From contig CM000433.1 in assembly GCA_000165345.1 (NCBI GenBank), positions 960,001 through 1,024,000 of the forward strand: a stretch of 64,000 bases of DNA. Direction: 5' to 3'. The number at the start of each line of letters is the position of its first letter. Position 1 is the stretch's first letter. Position numbers and translations under genes: made by a program. The notes beneath the pieces were generated by a model. It worked only from the letters and a program-made list of their open reading frames with translations, ran no database searches and was not told the origin of the DNA. This document shows, in pieces, positions 10,412-21,737 of the stretch.

Positions 10412-11290
10412 TATTTCTTAAGGTTTGCTTACTCAGATTATTTAAAAATATATTTAATATATAGGCATATTTAAATTAAGTATTTGTCAACGCATTACAT
10501 ATATTAATATTTATCAATTTAAAATTAGTTTACCACACACACTCAATTTCTGTATTAGAATATAAAAACCATTTATTCTTCCTGGAAAAATATGAACTGA
10601 AATATTTTAAGTTCTGATGACTTGAGATAACAGTTCCAAAATACAGAGTAAATGTTTACTCCATGAGATTTATTTATGTTGAATAATTTTTTTTATTTCT
10701 TGAAATTTAAAAAAAAAAAAATGCATTTACTTTAACTTTGACANTTATTATGTTATAATAATTTAANATTAACTAATTTATAGTTCCCGCCATATGTTTT
10801 ATTTTTTATTTAAATATTAAAAAAAATAGATGACTAAATTATAATTAATATGGATATTTATAAAAAAAAAAAAAAAATAAATAATAATTCCCCACAATAA
10901 CTAAATTTGTCTAATTTTATTAATTTTGAGTTTTTAATGATTTCTGTATTATAATTCTTTCACACATTTTTAGATCTAAGTTTTTTCACACAAATTTCTA
11001 TTACATGCAATCTTTCAACCAATTAATAAATAAGAATTCCTTCAAAAATTGGTTTTAATGAGATAATTTAGAATATTTTCATTATAATTAATTAAAATTA
11101 TTATAAATTAATGTTTCTACTTATTGAAATGATTACTAATAACTGCCTAAATTATTAAATTGAAATATATAATATATATGTATATTTATTTATCTTTAAT
11201 TTGAAAATCGGAGTTTAAATTAAACCTGTAATTATAAAATATATTTGAGAACAAAATATTTCTATTACTAATAATAGAAATATATTTCTC

Positions 11291-11599
11291 TTAATTCTTC
11301 TTTGCAGCTCTTTCAACCTCCATTTGAACAAGATCACTAAAGCTAACTTTATTTACCTTTTTCTTCCTAGAGACTTTTTTTGTTGATACATTATTAAAAT
11401 TTTCTGAATTATTTATAGATTTTTGAGAATTATCAAGATTTTTTACTTTAACTTGTTCATTATTAAATCCATTATTTATTGGATTATTATTTTCTTTTGA
11501 TTCTATTGAATTTAAAACAATTTCTTTATTAATTTTANCCAGTAGAAGCAGAATTATGTTTCTCACTGTTCTTTTAACANAATNCTGTTTTATTTTCAT
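11291..11599 (-). CDS. Probable C-terminal continuation of the upstream CH-domain gene, separated by a frameshift in an N-containing segment
   Basis: ORF overlaps the 3' end of 11574..13958 in another frame exactly where ambiguous bases occur. It is Lys/Asn-rich like the rest of that protein. Confidence 0.35.
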   Translation of the reverse strand: MKIKQXXVKRTVRNIILLLLXKINKEIVLNSIESKENNNPINNGFNNEQVKVKNLDNSQKSINNSENFNNVSTKKVSRKKKVNKVSFSDLVQMEVERAAKKN

Positions 11600-11643
11600 T
11601 TTGAAGATTACTATTATNGGTTATTATTAATATTACTTTTCNN
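11538..11643. other. Low-quality segment with scattered N bases that disrupt a CDS
   Basis: N at 11538, 11580, 11584, 11618 and 11642-11643. Confidence 0.9.
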
Positions 11644-13958
11644 ATATTCATGCTCATTTTTAATTTTTCTAATAATTTATTATTTTCACTGATTGCTGTT
11701 GAAATTTTTTCAATAACACCATCACTTTGTTTTCTTGTAATATCAAATACTTTAGAAGCATAATCATTATCATCGTTTACCATTCCAAGAATTTTTTTTT
11801 GTTGTTCTTCTAAAGCTGTTCTTGAAATTAATGGTTTAACTTTAGTTTGTTGATAACTTTCTTCTTTATTCAATATATCTGAGAACTTTTCTTGAAATTC
11901 TCTGGTGTTACTTGCCATTTTTTCTTGAAATATTTGTGTAATACTTTTATTGTTCTTTTTTTCATTGACATTTTCCGGGTTATTTTCATTCTTTGATGAC
12001 TTTTCAATAAAGTTATTTTCGTCATATATTTTCAAAATCTCAAGTTCTTTTTCTAATCCAGTAAACATTTCATCTATTCCATTTTCTTCCATAGTTTGAT
12101 TTACTTTTTCATTTAAATGATGATAACGATTTTTGTTATAATTGTTTTGACCGTTAGGAGTATTAACATTCTGTTTAGTATTCATTTTTTTTTCACTTGG
12201 ATGATTACGATTATTAAGATCGTAAGTATATCCTATATCGTATTCTGATACTTCTTCAATATTATCTTCATATAAATTATTTACTGTATTATCAGTAACA
12301 ATTTCTTTTTCTTTATCTTGTAAATATTCATACATTGAGCCAACAACATAATCATCATCATCATTATCATCACTATTATTATTATTATTATTAAGATAAC
12401 TTTCATGATGAATGTCATTATTTTCTACCAACTTTTTTTTACTATTAGCATTAATCATATTAGATTCATTGATTATTGCCTCTATTCTTGCCAAATTATC
12501 ACTACTAGATTTTGAAGTATTATTAATATTGACGTTTTTACTTCTGACCATATTTGCATGTAATGATACACCATTTTCATTGTTTTCATAGTCGTAATCA
12601 TCAATTTGTTCTATTTCATGCTCTTCCTCTTGTATTTCGTTGATTAAATCTTCAGAAGGATGAACTTCGCAATTACTCATTGTCCAATTTAATGGATAAT
12701 CATCTTTATACGTTAATTCATCTAATAATTCAAGATTTATTGGTTGATATAAACCATAAACTGCTAATCTATTAGAACTGTACGTTGTAACATCATAATT
12801 ACTATCAATTTGTTGTGTTAATAAATTATATAATATATCAATTTGTAACAATAATACATATGGAGAAAAATTCTCCATATATAAACTTGAAAGTGGTACA
12901 AGTATAAATGGTATTTCAGAATCTGTAATATTAGTCATCACTTCATCATCACCTTCATTTTCATTATTTAAAAAACTATTATCAAATTTTTTATTTGAAG
13001 TATTATGATTGACAATTGATAATTCTTTCTGTATACTCAAATATTTATGAATTGTCTGAAAAGAATAGTAAACAATTTCATGATTCCATTTAAATTCTTG
13101 CAATGTTTTTGGAACGTAATACATTTGACATAAGATTGCAGTATCAATCCATCCCATTTGATATAAAAGTACCATAATTAACATAAATCCATTTGCAGTA
13201 ATATCACATTGTAATGGATTAATATATTTTGGTTCAAAATGTTTGACATGATTATTTATAACATTATTCTTTTGTCCCATTTTAATGTTGTTATAACTAT
13301 TAAAATCAATATACCCTTTTTCTTGCTCTTCTTCTCTTTCATTAAGACGATTACTTTCCACTTTATCTCGATTTTCCATTTCTTCTATATTTAAACTCAA
13401 ATATTGCCCCCAACTTTCTGCTCTTTCCAATAAGTTCTCATCTTCAGTCTGATTAAGATTCTTCTTCATAATCATTTTATAAAAATTCTCTTTTGTTTCA
13501 TTTGACAATGATAAACCATGCAACATCAAATACTTGTTCATGTTTTCTATAATTATTTTTGAATTTACTCGTAAATATGGAATTAAATAATGATGAAATA
13601 CTGTACTAATAAATCTAATTACACTCCCTTTATTCATATCATATATTTCTTCAGCTGCTATTAATTCATTATTTCCATTTAAATATTCAGGTAATGTACT
13701 CTTTTCTGGAGGATTTAATATAAAATTTAGACATAAATTAATATTATTAAGTGCTTGAGATCTGTTTAATGGTCTTTTATAAATCAATAAATCACCTTCA
13801 GTATTATTATACCCATATAAACTTGACCATTGTTTTAATAAGTTCACTAGTAATATTCCATCTCTAAATTCTTCGTAAAAATTCTCACTTGTCAATTCTA
13901 TTGACCATATATTAATATAGTTGATATATCTAGTAATAAATATCTCAAATACCTCCAT
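11574..13958 (-). CDS. Calponin-homology (CH) domain protein with a long acidic, Asn-rich coiled-coil remainder; the 3' end is interrupted by N bases
   Basis: N-terminal CH signature: EEFRDGILLVNLLKQW ... NINLCLNFILN ... AEEIYDMNKGSVIRFISTVFHHY. X residues at the C-terminus arise from N bases between 11538 and 11643. Confidence 0.4.
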   Translation of the reverse strand: MEVFEIFITRYINYINIWSIELTSENFYEEFRDGILLVNLLKQWSSLYGYNNTEGDLLIYKRPLNRSQALNNINLCLNFILNPPEKSTLPEYLNGNNELIAAEEIYDMNKGSVIRFISTVFHHYLIPYLRVNSKIIIENMNKYLMLHGLSLSNETKENFYKMIMKKNLNQTEDENLLERAESWGQYLSLNIEEMENRDKVESNRLNEREEEQEKGYIDFNSYNNIKMGQKNNVINNHVKHFEPKYINPLQCDITANGFMLIMVLLYQMGWIDTAILCQMYYVPKTLQEFKWNHEIVYYSFQTIHKYLSIQKELSIVNHNTSNKKFDNSFLNNENEGDDEVMTNITDSEIPFILVPLSSLYMENFSPYVLLLQIDILYNLLTQQIDSNYDVTTYSSNRLAVYGLYQPINLELLDELTYKDDYPLNWTMSNCEVHPSEDLINEIQEEEHEIEQIDDYDYENNENGVSLHANMVRSKNVNINNTSKSSSDNLARIEAIINESNMINANSKKKLVENNDIHHESYLNNNNNNSDDNDDDDYVVGSMYEYLQDKEKEIVTDNTVNNLYEDNIEEVSEYDIGYTYDLNNRNHPSEKKMNTKQNVNTPNGQNNYNKNRYHHLNEKVNQTMEENGIDEMFTGLEKELEILKIYDENNFIEKSSKNENNPENVNEKKNNKSITQIFQEKMASNTREFQEKFSDILNKEESYQQTKVKPLISRTALEEQQKKILGMVNDDNDYASKVFDITRKQSDGVIEKISTAISENNKLLEKLKMSMNXXKVILIITXNSNLQNENKTXXC

Positions 13959-14300
13959 TTTTAATATAAATATATTTATATTATTTTATTCTATTTATTT
14001 AACTCGATCTTAAATGAATAACTTGTATTTATAACCAGAATAAATTCATACAAAAAAAATAACAACTGTCAATTTATTTTATATATTTTAATTATTGCAA
14101 CTTTTCCTCTTTATCTCTTAATTTTTTATTTACTTAAACATAACGATTTCTTAAAATCCATTAATTTTTTGTAATGTTATTAATTACTCAAGTATTACAA
14201 TTACTAATCTTTTTTTTTATTTATATTTCTTCTATTTTTATTATTTATTAATGTCAATCATGGATCTATTTTATAATCACTTGCATTTTTTTTGCAAAAC

Positions 14301-14331
14301 CGCATGCAGATTGCATGCATACTGACACGTG
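14301..14331. promoter_or_regulatory. Two GCATGCA (AP2-type) sites plus a CACGTG palindrome upstream of the ApiAP2 gene
   Basis: cgcatgcagattgcatgcatactgacacgtg seen directly. Lies in a 1.4 kb divergent intergenic region. Confidence 0.45.
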
Positions 14332-15425
14332 TCAAATAATAAACAATGTGGACAAAAAAATAAACAAACATAATAATTAATTTCAGAGAAAAAAACAAAT
14401 GAGAAAATAATAGCGCATTAGCATAGAATAGCTAATAAATAAATTTTGCTAGAGCATTTTCATTATTAAAGAAAAATTAAAGAAAAAAAAAATTAACATA
14501 TAAATTTATAAATAATGAAATTAATTTTTCAAAGACTTTCTTTAACCTTCCCCCCCCTCAGCATCCCCCCACCCATCAAATAATTTGTATAATACCACTA
14601 AAAAAAAGGCAAGATACGTAATTTGCCCGCCTAAAATTCCCCACATTTCTTAAATATTTTATATAATTTGGAGTAGTTAATGGAAATAAATATTTAATAA
14701 TAATTTTAATTTATTAACTTATAAATATACTTGAAAATTTACTAAATTATATCTGGGATGAGGGGCAATATCTCCCTACATTCCGTGGAATTTACGTACT
14801 TAGTTGTCTATTTCGCTTTGTAGACGTCTACAAATTAATATATAGGATAAAATAAATAGAAAAATAAATAGAAGTTAATTGCACCTGCTCCACTAGTATT
14901 GCAATCTGCATGTGCACTAGATGAATAATGGGTAACTTGGTGGATATATTAAATTTGCTGCTATTTAATAAATAGGGGGAGTATAATTAATATTAATGAA
15001 ATTTTTTTTTTAAATTTTGCAATAAAATAGTTTGAAAAAAATATTCATATTAAGGCTAATTTTCATTAGAAAAACTACAAAAAAAAAAAAAGAGATTTTC
15101 TTTTCTTCCATATAATTTAGGGATATATAATAGCCAATATTACCTTTGGAAGTTGGTTAATTGACAATTTTAAGTGGTTTTTGTAACAATATTCTCGGCT
15201 TTAATTACATTGTTGTGTTGACGACATTGATCAAAATAACAGAGAAAATTAATTAATTATATTAGACATTAATATAGTAAAACCTATTTATATTACTATA
15301 TTATCTTCAAATTAAGGCTAATTTCTAAAAATTAAACCAAATATTTACACAGAACTTATAACATATATACATGTTATACTAAGAATTACTTTAAGCTTAT
15401 ATATACCAAAGTTAATTTATAATTA

Positions 15426-18023
15426 ATGTATAATCAGCAAAAAATATTAATTTCCCACCCAAATTCTCTGAATGAAAGGAATCAATCGTTTTCTCCTCCA
15501 TCAACAACTCTAACTCCTTCATCCACGCCTTCTAGCACTCCTACACCATCTTCATCATCTGTTCCTACTCCAAATATTGCACAGATCGCATCTTTAGCTG
15601 CATCTCATATGACAAGTCAACAAATGGTATCTCCTTTTATGTTCCAACAGGGGATAAACCAATCATTCAACAACGGAATGATGAATACTGCTTTATATAA
15701 TGATCCAGCATTATTACAGCTTTACTTTACAAACTTATTCCAAGGAAACCATGGATTTATGCCTCCAATGTATCCATACGGTTCTAGTTACGCTCCTTAT
15801 ATTCCAGGAGCTAAAAATGGAATCCCTGTTACAGAAAATACATCAACTCCACAAATAGTATTCAAAGATAATTTGGAGAATATGAAGAATTTAGCAACAA
15901 ACTCTATAGTTTCTCCAAAATCTAACGATTTGGAAAAGTTAGTCAAAAATAATGGTAATGATAACTTAGTACAAGTAATTTTGTCAACTCCTGAAAGAAC
16001 TAAACAAGAAAATATTATATCGACAGACAAAATAGAAATCGCAGTAAGCACTGAAAATGGAAATGTTTATGACACATCAATGAAAAAAAGACGAAAAGAA
16101 TGCTCAATAGACTCAGTAAACAGTGCTGTTGAGACAGTAGCAACAGAAACTAACTCAAATATGGATGAATGCAGTGCAAAAAAGAAGTCCATAAATGAAG
16201 TAGTGGAAACCAGGTCCTTTGAAAATTCACCAGAGGATGAAGCAGATAATGCAGGAGAAGAGGATGATAACTCAGAAAACGTAGAAACTTTAGGAGAGAA
16301 TCGTATAGAAAGTTTACAAAGCTCTCCACAATATTTAAACTTGAAATCAGAGGAAAATAAATCAAGCTCAAATAACTTCAATTCCTCAATCGGAGGAGGA
16401 AATTCCATTTCAACAAATTCTCATGAAGACGAGCTTTTTCTGTCTAATGATAGAAAAACCTCTTTTGATAAGATTATGAGAATTCACTCCAGCTTGATTG
16501 GATCGCTTTCTTGGACAGTACCAACAGACAAAGATGACATCATTCTAAAATCTGCCAAAGAAAACAATGGAAATTCTACTAGTGAAACATCCAACAATAA
16601 TAATGCAACAAGTATCAATAATAACAGCTCATCTTCTACTAACAAACATGATGAGTCCAACAAGTCTATCAACCAAAATGGACAAGACGAGTACAATCCA
16701 TTTATCCAAAGGGACTATAATTCAGCAAATGTGACATGTTTCTCACCCAGAATGCTTCCAGATTGGCAACTTAACTGGCTTAGAGATGTGACTAGATCCC
16801 TCTCTAGTGTACCAAAAAGTCCAATGACAGGAATTCACTTTGACAGAACAAAGCCCGCATGGGCAGTCTCCTATTATGAATGTGAAACCAGAAAATACTA
16901 CTTCTTCTTCATCCCTGATCTCTCAGAATATACCATTGAGATAACTTTAGCAGCTGCTATTGGTTGCAGGCAAAATGTTGTCGCAAGAGGTGCGCATAAG
17001 AGAAAAAAGCCTGGAGTCCTTACATTTAACCTTTACAGTGGACAGTTTGAAAAATCTAACCCAGAAGCCCCTACTGTAATTGAAGGTGGCTCAGAACACG
17101 CAGGAATGTGCAATCAAAGATTCAGGAAGTCTGCAGTACTTGGAAACAGCAACGGATGTAATAATTTAAAGAATCAGTGTAGTAACTTCCCCATATCACA
17201 CACAAACACAGGGGCTGTTTCATCCGTTATTAACAATCCCATTGCTCCTGATTTCTCCTCCAATAACATCCAAGTCCACCCAAACAACCACCATTTCCTT
17301 AATATCTTTGCACCCAACAGAAATCATATTAACCTAATCGACCCTTCAATGTCTGCACTCAATAACTTTCAAGTTACAAGTCAAATGCATGCTCATCCAC
17401 ATGCAGGGCCCGCTCAAATATTGTTCCCGCACATGGCAATAAATGGCCAGCATTCTGCACATCCAGCTACAATGGCTTCGCTAATGCATGGAAATCCTCA
17501 TGCTATGATGATGGATGCTTTTCAACAAAATGCATTGAGAAATGCATCTTTGCTTTATGCAGCAGCGTTATCATCTTCTACTGGCTCAACTCATAATCCT
17601 ATTCCTTCTGTTGCAATTCCTTCAAATGTTAGCTCTGCCATTGGAGTAGCTACACATTCGGCGGGAAATATAGAGGCAAATATTACAAATGGTGGAAACC
17701 CAGTAATTTTGCCTTCGCCATTAACCACAGCTTCTACTGCTCCTACAGCGCCTAGCACCCCAACTGCTACACCTACATCCAATACAACTCATATGGAGAC
17801 AACAAATAAACTTTCTGTGGCTGGTGTTTGTAGCAATAATATTGAAAATACAAATGCTAATGATACAGAAAATATTGCATGCAAGACTTCTATGGAATTT
17901 ACGTGTGCTCCAACAACTCAAAAAGTTGCGCAAGTTTTATCTTCTACCAATGAAAATACTGGTAATGGCAGTATAATGCTAGATACAGTGGCTTTAGATA
18001 AGTCGATTCAGGGAGAAAAGTAG
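15426..18023 (+). CDS. ApiAP2-family putative transcription factor (single AP2 domain, long low-complexity Ser/Thr/Pro/Asn/His-rich flanks)
   Basis: AP2-like block TGIHFDRTKPAWAVSYYECETRKYYFF...EYTIEITLAAAIGCRQNVVARG. It has the three-strand-plus-helix pattern and the YxxEEAxxAAIxCRQ motif typical of ApiAP2 domains. A 1.4 kb upstream region carries GCATGCA and CACGTG sites. Confidence 0.55.
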   Translation: MYNQQKILISHPNSLNERNQSFSPPSTTLTPSSTPSSTPTPSSSSVPTPNIAQIASLAASHMTSQQMVSPFMFQQGINQSFNNGMMNTALYNDPALLQLYFTNLFQGNHGFMPPMYPYGSSYAPYIPGAKNGIPVTENTSTPQIVFKDNLENMKNLATNSIVSPKSNDLEKLVKNNGNDNLVQVILSTPERTKQENIISTDKIEIAVSTENGNVYDTSMKKRRKECSIDSVNSAVETVATETNSNMDECSAKKKSINEVVETRSFENSPEDEADNAGEEDDNSENVETLGENRIESLQSSPQYLNLKSEENKSSSNNFNSSIGGGNSISTNSHEDELFLSNDRKTSFDKIMRIHSSLIGSLSWTVPTDKDDIILKSAKENNGNSTSETSNNNNATSINNNSSSSTNKHDESNKSINQNGQDEYNPFIQRDYNSANVTCFSPRMLPDWQLNWLRDVTRSLSSVPKSPMTGIHFDRTKPAWAVSYYECETRKYYFFFIPDLSEYTIEITLAAAIGCRQNVVARGAHKRKKPGVLTFNLYSGQFEKSNPEAPTVIEGGSEHAGMCNQRFRKSAVLGNSNGCNNLKNQCSNFPISHTNTGAVSSVINNPIAPDFSSNNIQVHPNNHHFLNIFAPNRNHINLIDPSMSALNNFQVTSQMHAHPHAGPAQILFPHMAINGQHSAHPATMASLMHGNPHAMMMDAFQQNALRNASLLYAAALSSSTGSTHNPIPSVAIPSNVSSAIGVATHSAGNIEANITNGGNPVILPSPLTTASTAPTAPSTPTATPTSNTTHMETTNKLSVAGVCSNNIENTNANDTENIACKTSMEFTCAPTTQKVAQVLSSTNENTGNGSIMLDTVALDKSIQGEK

Positions 18024-18259
18024 TAAATTCACTTTTAATACTGAAAGAATTAATACTTGAATGATTTAGAGTTCAACAAAAAAAACAAATAAATAGTAGC
18101 TTTGATATATTATAGTTAAGTTTATTATAAATCTAGAGTGACTAAGGTATAATAACTATTGCAAACTTCAAGAATGTGCTTAATATTATTTACTTGATTT
18201 TATAAGTAGAAAAAAGTGGTATTGAAACATTTCTATTTTCATTAATTACTATATGGTGT

Positions 18260-19735
18260 TTAAATATAGTCATTAATTCTATATAGTAATACATCACCTT
18301 TATCGTTACCAGTTGCTAAATACCCACCATATTCTGAAAAATCCATTGAAGTTACGTATTTTAAAGGAGTTCTTGCTGTAGGCCAATTGCTGTATACATG
18401 TCCAGTGTATAAGTTAATCAACTTTAAAGAATCCTTTGTCCATTTTGATGAGATTGCAGCAATTTCATTTCTGGGATGTATTGCCATACTAGTAATGCTA
18501 GTACATATGTTATCAATAGTAAACCTCGGAGTCTTAAATATAGAATTAATATTTGGATTTTCAGATTTATCTTGAGTTTTTTGAATATTATCATCCAATG
18601 AATAAATATTCACGAATCCAGTTGTAGATCCTGTCATAATATAGGAAGAAGAAATAGCTCTTCTTTGAACCTTACTTTTATAAGATGAAACAATACTAGT
18701 TATACATAAAGAACCATAATCTACAATTCTTTCTCTGCATCTTCCAGTATTAATATCCCAAATATAAATTTCACCAGTGTTACTAGTCGATATAATCTTG
18801 TCATTTTCTAATGGATGAAAGGCCAAGCCAGTAACACTATCATTCATTTTAAAAGAACGAACAAGTTGTTTAGTTTGTTCATCCAAAACTAAAATTGTAC
18901 CATTAGATGTAGATAATCCAATATAAGATTTATCAAGTCCTTCGCTTTTTTGAATGGTTAGATTCCAATATCTTTTATCTTTTCTTCCTGCGATTCCAGG
19001 TAAAAAGTTGATCTTTCCTTCTAATAAATCAAATACTCCAATTCTTGCACGCGGACCTAAAAACATCATTTCTTCAGTGGAACTTGTGAATCTTGACTCG
19101 TATATTGGAAAATCATCAAAAAATAAAGAAGAAATTAATTTATTTTCAATTCCATCAACATTAAACAACTTAATCTTCTTGTCCCAGCCACTAACTGATA
19201 ACAATGATACATTATTTCCATTTTCAATATGTTGTCCTTTATGGAACTCAAGTGATTTAACAACACATCCACTAGGAGATTGTATATTAGCATTAGTTAA
19301 TCTTTTAATATCAATCTTTGATTGGCTAATAATACTTTTTCCACTTTTAATTAATTTATCATTCTTTCTACTTTTGTAATCTTGAATATATTTGTAAATC
19401 TTACCAGTTTTTACTTTATTAAATGTTTCTAAATTACTTAAAGAATCAGATTTGATATTATTTACACTTTCTTGATCTAAATGATCAGTATCAACTGATT
19501 CAAATATTTCTTTTCTTGCTTTGTAAATCCATTCATTACCTTTTGTCTTAAAAACTTTATTTTGGTGAAACTCTCTTAATCTTTTCGAGTATTCTTTTCC
19601 ATCTATTGACTTTTCTCCATCCACTTTTCTTAATTTCCTTAACTTTAAATTATCAGAAATATCAATTTCAACATTTTCATCATCGGAATCACACCAAACT
19701 CTAGAGCTCTTTTGAACCTTCTGTACCTCCTCCAT
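18260..19735 (-). CDS. UTP18: U3 snoRNP protein UTP18 (WD40)
   Basis: N-terminal VWCDSDDE motif. Collinear matches to UTP18 include IKLFNVDGIENKLISSLFFDDFPIY, GEIYIWDINTGRCRERIVDYGSL, TGFVNIYS and the C-terminal LATGNDKGDVLLYRINDY. Confidence 0.8.
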   Translation of the reverse strand: MEEVQKVQKSSRVWCDSDDENVEIDISDNLKLRKLRKVDGEKSIDGKEYSKRLREFHQNKVFKTKGNEWIYKARKEIFESVDTDHLDQESVNNIKSDSLSNLETFNKVKTGKIYKYIQDYKSRKNDKLIKSGKSIISQSKIDIKRLTNANIQSPSGCVVKSLEFHKGQHIENGNNVSLLSVSGWDKKIKLFNVDGIENKLISSLFFDDFPIYESRFTSSTEEMMFLGPRARIGVFDLLEGKINFLPGIAGRKDKRYWNLTIQKSEGLDKSYIGLSTSNGTILVLDEQTKQLVRSFKMNDSVTGLAFHPLENDKIISTSNTGEIYIWDINTGRCRERIVDYGSLCITSIVSSYKSKVQRRAISSSYIMTGSTTGFVNIYSLDDNIQKTQDKSENPNINSIFKTPRFTIDNICTSITSMAIHPRNEIAAISSKWTKDSLKLINLYTGHVYSNWPTARTPLKYVTSMDFSEYGGYLATGNDKGDVLLYRINDYI

Positions 19736-20066
19736 TTTGAAAGATTGTGTTATTTTGCCTCTTTCTTCTTTTTAATGTTTTATACGTAATTTCCTACTCA
19801 CTTCAACAAGAATTCTGACACTTAACCTTCTAAAATCTGTTCCTCCTTTATTTAAAACTTATGTTTAAAAAAAAAAAAAAGAGAAAGGAAAAAACCTGCC
19901 TTAATATTCCCTTTTTCCCTCTAAACACTAAATTTATCAAATTAAATATTCTCTGAAAAATATCAACTAAATCACTTTTAAACTTATTTTCTTATATACT
20001 CGCTTAATATCAAATTAAGCCTTGTATTAGTACTAATCACTTTCTGACTAATTTAATATTTACCAG

Positions 20067-20086
20067 GGCGCCAAAATCTTGGCGCC
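20067..20086. promoter_or_regulatory. Paired GGCGCC palindromes (ggcgccaaaatcttggcgcc) about 330 bp upstream of UTP18
   Basis: Seen directly. GGCGCCAAA is an E2F-like motif class. Confidence 0.45.
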
Positions 20087-20144
20087 TATTGAAATTAAAA
20101 TTGGCTGAAAATGGAAATGCATGTGCAAAGAGTAATAATGTGAA

Positions 20145-21737
20145 TTATTCAAATTTCATACTGGAATGTCTAATAATTCTGAACATAGAAATTATAATTA
20201 AAAATGCAATGGGAATGGCTATGGGGGAATATACTGCCATGATAAGATCTGTGTTGAAGGTTTTTTTATTATGAAACTCGGGATTAAAAAGTAAATTATT
20301 AGAATTTTGTAGAATAGTAGGTAAATAGTTGTGGCTGATAGTGTGAATATTAGAGATCATTTTATTCATATATTTAATAGCATATAAAATATGATTTGGA
20401 AGCTTGAACTTATTGTATAAGTTTAGAGTTAAGAAAAACCTATCAATATTGAAAATAATATGATTGATTAGATAATTGGAATGAATAAGTTGAATAGCTG
20501 ATATCTGCCAATCAGAAAGAAAAAGGTTTTGATTTTCTTCTCTAATGTGATTTTGAAATGTCACATTATTAATTCTGCTTTTGAAATTGAGTTTATAATC
20601 TTTTGGAAGAATAAATGATCTGATTACATTTATCCAAATCATGGTCGGGAATAAGAGAGTGTTTGTATCATTAGTTATAATAGAATGAGTGAATAAAAAG
20701 TCACTGTTTTTACTAGTAAAACTGTAATGATCAGTATCGTTAAATTTTGAAAAATGGTTGAAAATAGATAATTTAAATGTATTTTGGTCAAAGTGATAAT
20801 AATTGTTTTCATTAAGGTTTTGAATCAATCTATTATAGGTCTTCTGATTATCTTGAAAGTCTATACTATCTTTGGTGATATATTTGTTCTGGTTTTTAAT
20901 GTCTATATATAATAATTGATTAATTTGTGAAAGAAAGTTATTAAATATTAAAAATGATTGGCTTTTATTAAAATCTGGTAAATTTTCATAATTAATTTCC
21001 AAGTCAAATAAATTATACATGTAAATCTGAAGAGAAGTATATTTAGTCATTTCAGGTTCATTTTCAGTAAATTTTAAAAACCAAATATCATAAAGATCGT
21101 TTAAAATGATAAAAAAATCACTCTTGGTAATTTCATTATTCAAACAAAATAGTGATACTTTACTATTATACAAATTTATTGTATTTTTAGAACTGCTTTT
21201 ACCACAATTTTTAAAAGAAACAAATATTGAATATGAATACTGAGTATTTTGCTCCTTAATATTCTGAGATTCCAAGTATGTTTCAAAGTTGCTTTCTATA
21301 GGATTTTGAATCTCATCTAAATCACTATTTAAATATTTATCATTTAGAGTAGCTTTAAGAAGAATACGGTTATTTTCATTAACAAATTTAGGTTTCTTAT
21401 GGTTATATACTATTTCTCTAGAATATTCATCACTTTTTGAAAATATACGTCCTTTAAGAATTTCAAGATCATACTCATTTAAACCTTTAATATTAATTAA
21501 AACATTATTTATATGATTTTCTTTTTTTAGTTTCAAAAAGTTCGACTTAAAACTGTAAAATAAGTAGTTAATTTCTATAATTCCAAGAATTGAATTTTTA
21601 AATATATATAAATAATCTGCTGAAAAGTATATTATGAAGACCAAAAACGAGTATACTATCCAAAAAAACCATGTTTTAATATTAATTTGAATTAGTAAAT
21701 TATTAACAAAAGCTTTCTTTTCATTTTCTTCTGTCAT
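20145..21737 (-). CDS. Hypothetical membrane protein, 530 aa (N-terminal and C-terminal TM helices)
   Basis: Long ORF with hydrophobic segments WFFWIVYSFLVFIIYF and AVYSPIAIPIAFLIIISMF. No conserved domain recognised. Confidence 0.5.
   Translation of the reverse strand: MTEENEKKAFVNNLLIQINIKTWFFWIVYSFLVFIIYFSADYLYIFKNSILGIIEINYLFYSFKSNFLKLKKENHINNVLINIKGLNEYDLEILKGRIFSKSDEYSREIVYNHKKPKFVNENNRILLKATLNDKYLNSDLDEIQNPIESNFETYLESQNIKEQNTQYSYSIFVSFKNCGKSSSKNTINLYNSKVSLFCLNNEITKSDFFIILNDLYDIWFLKFTENEPEMTKYTSLQIYMYNLFDLEINYENLPDFNKSQSFLIFNNFLSQINQLLYIDIKNQNKYITKDSIDFQDNQKTYNRLIQNLNENNYYHFDQNTFKLSIFNHFSKFNDTDHYSFTSKNSDFLFTHSIITNDTNTLLFPTMIWINVIRSFILPKDYKLNFKSRINNVTFQNHIREENQNLFLSDWQISAIQLIHSNYLINHIIFNIDRFFLTLNLYNKFKLPNHILYAIKYMNKMISNIHTISHNYLPTILQNSNNLLFNPEFHNKKTFNTDLIMAVYSPIAIPIAFLIIISMFRIIRHSSMKFE

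Noticed and set aside
15797-17933. Several 63-113 aa minus-strand ORFs inside the ApiAP2 gene
   Set aside because: Fully nested antisense in a long sense ORF with a clear AP2 domain. Their composition is driven by the Ser/Thr-rich sense coding.
18954-19379. 141-aa plus-strand ORF overlapping UTP18
   Set aside because: UTP18 on the minus strand is strongly supported by collinear homology. The antisense ORF has no motifs.
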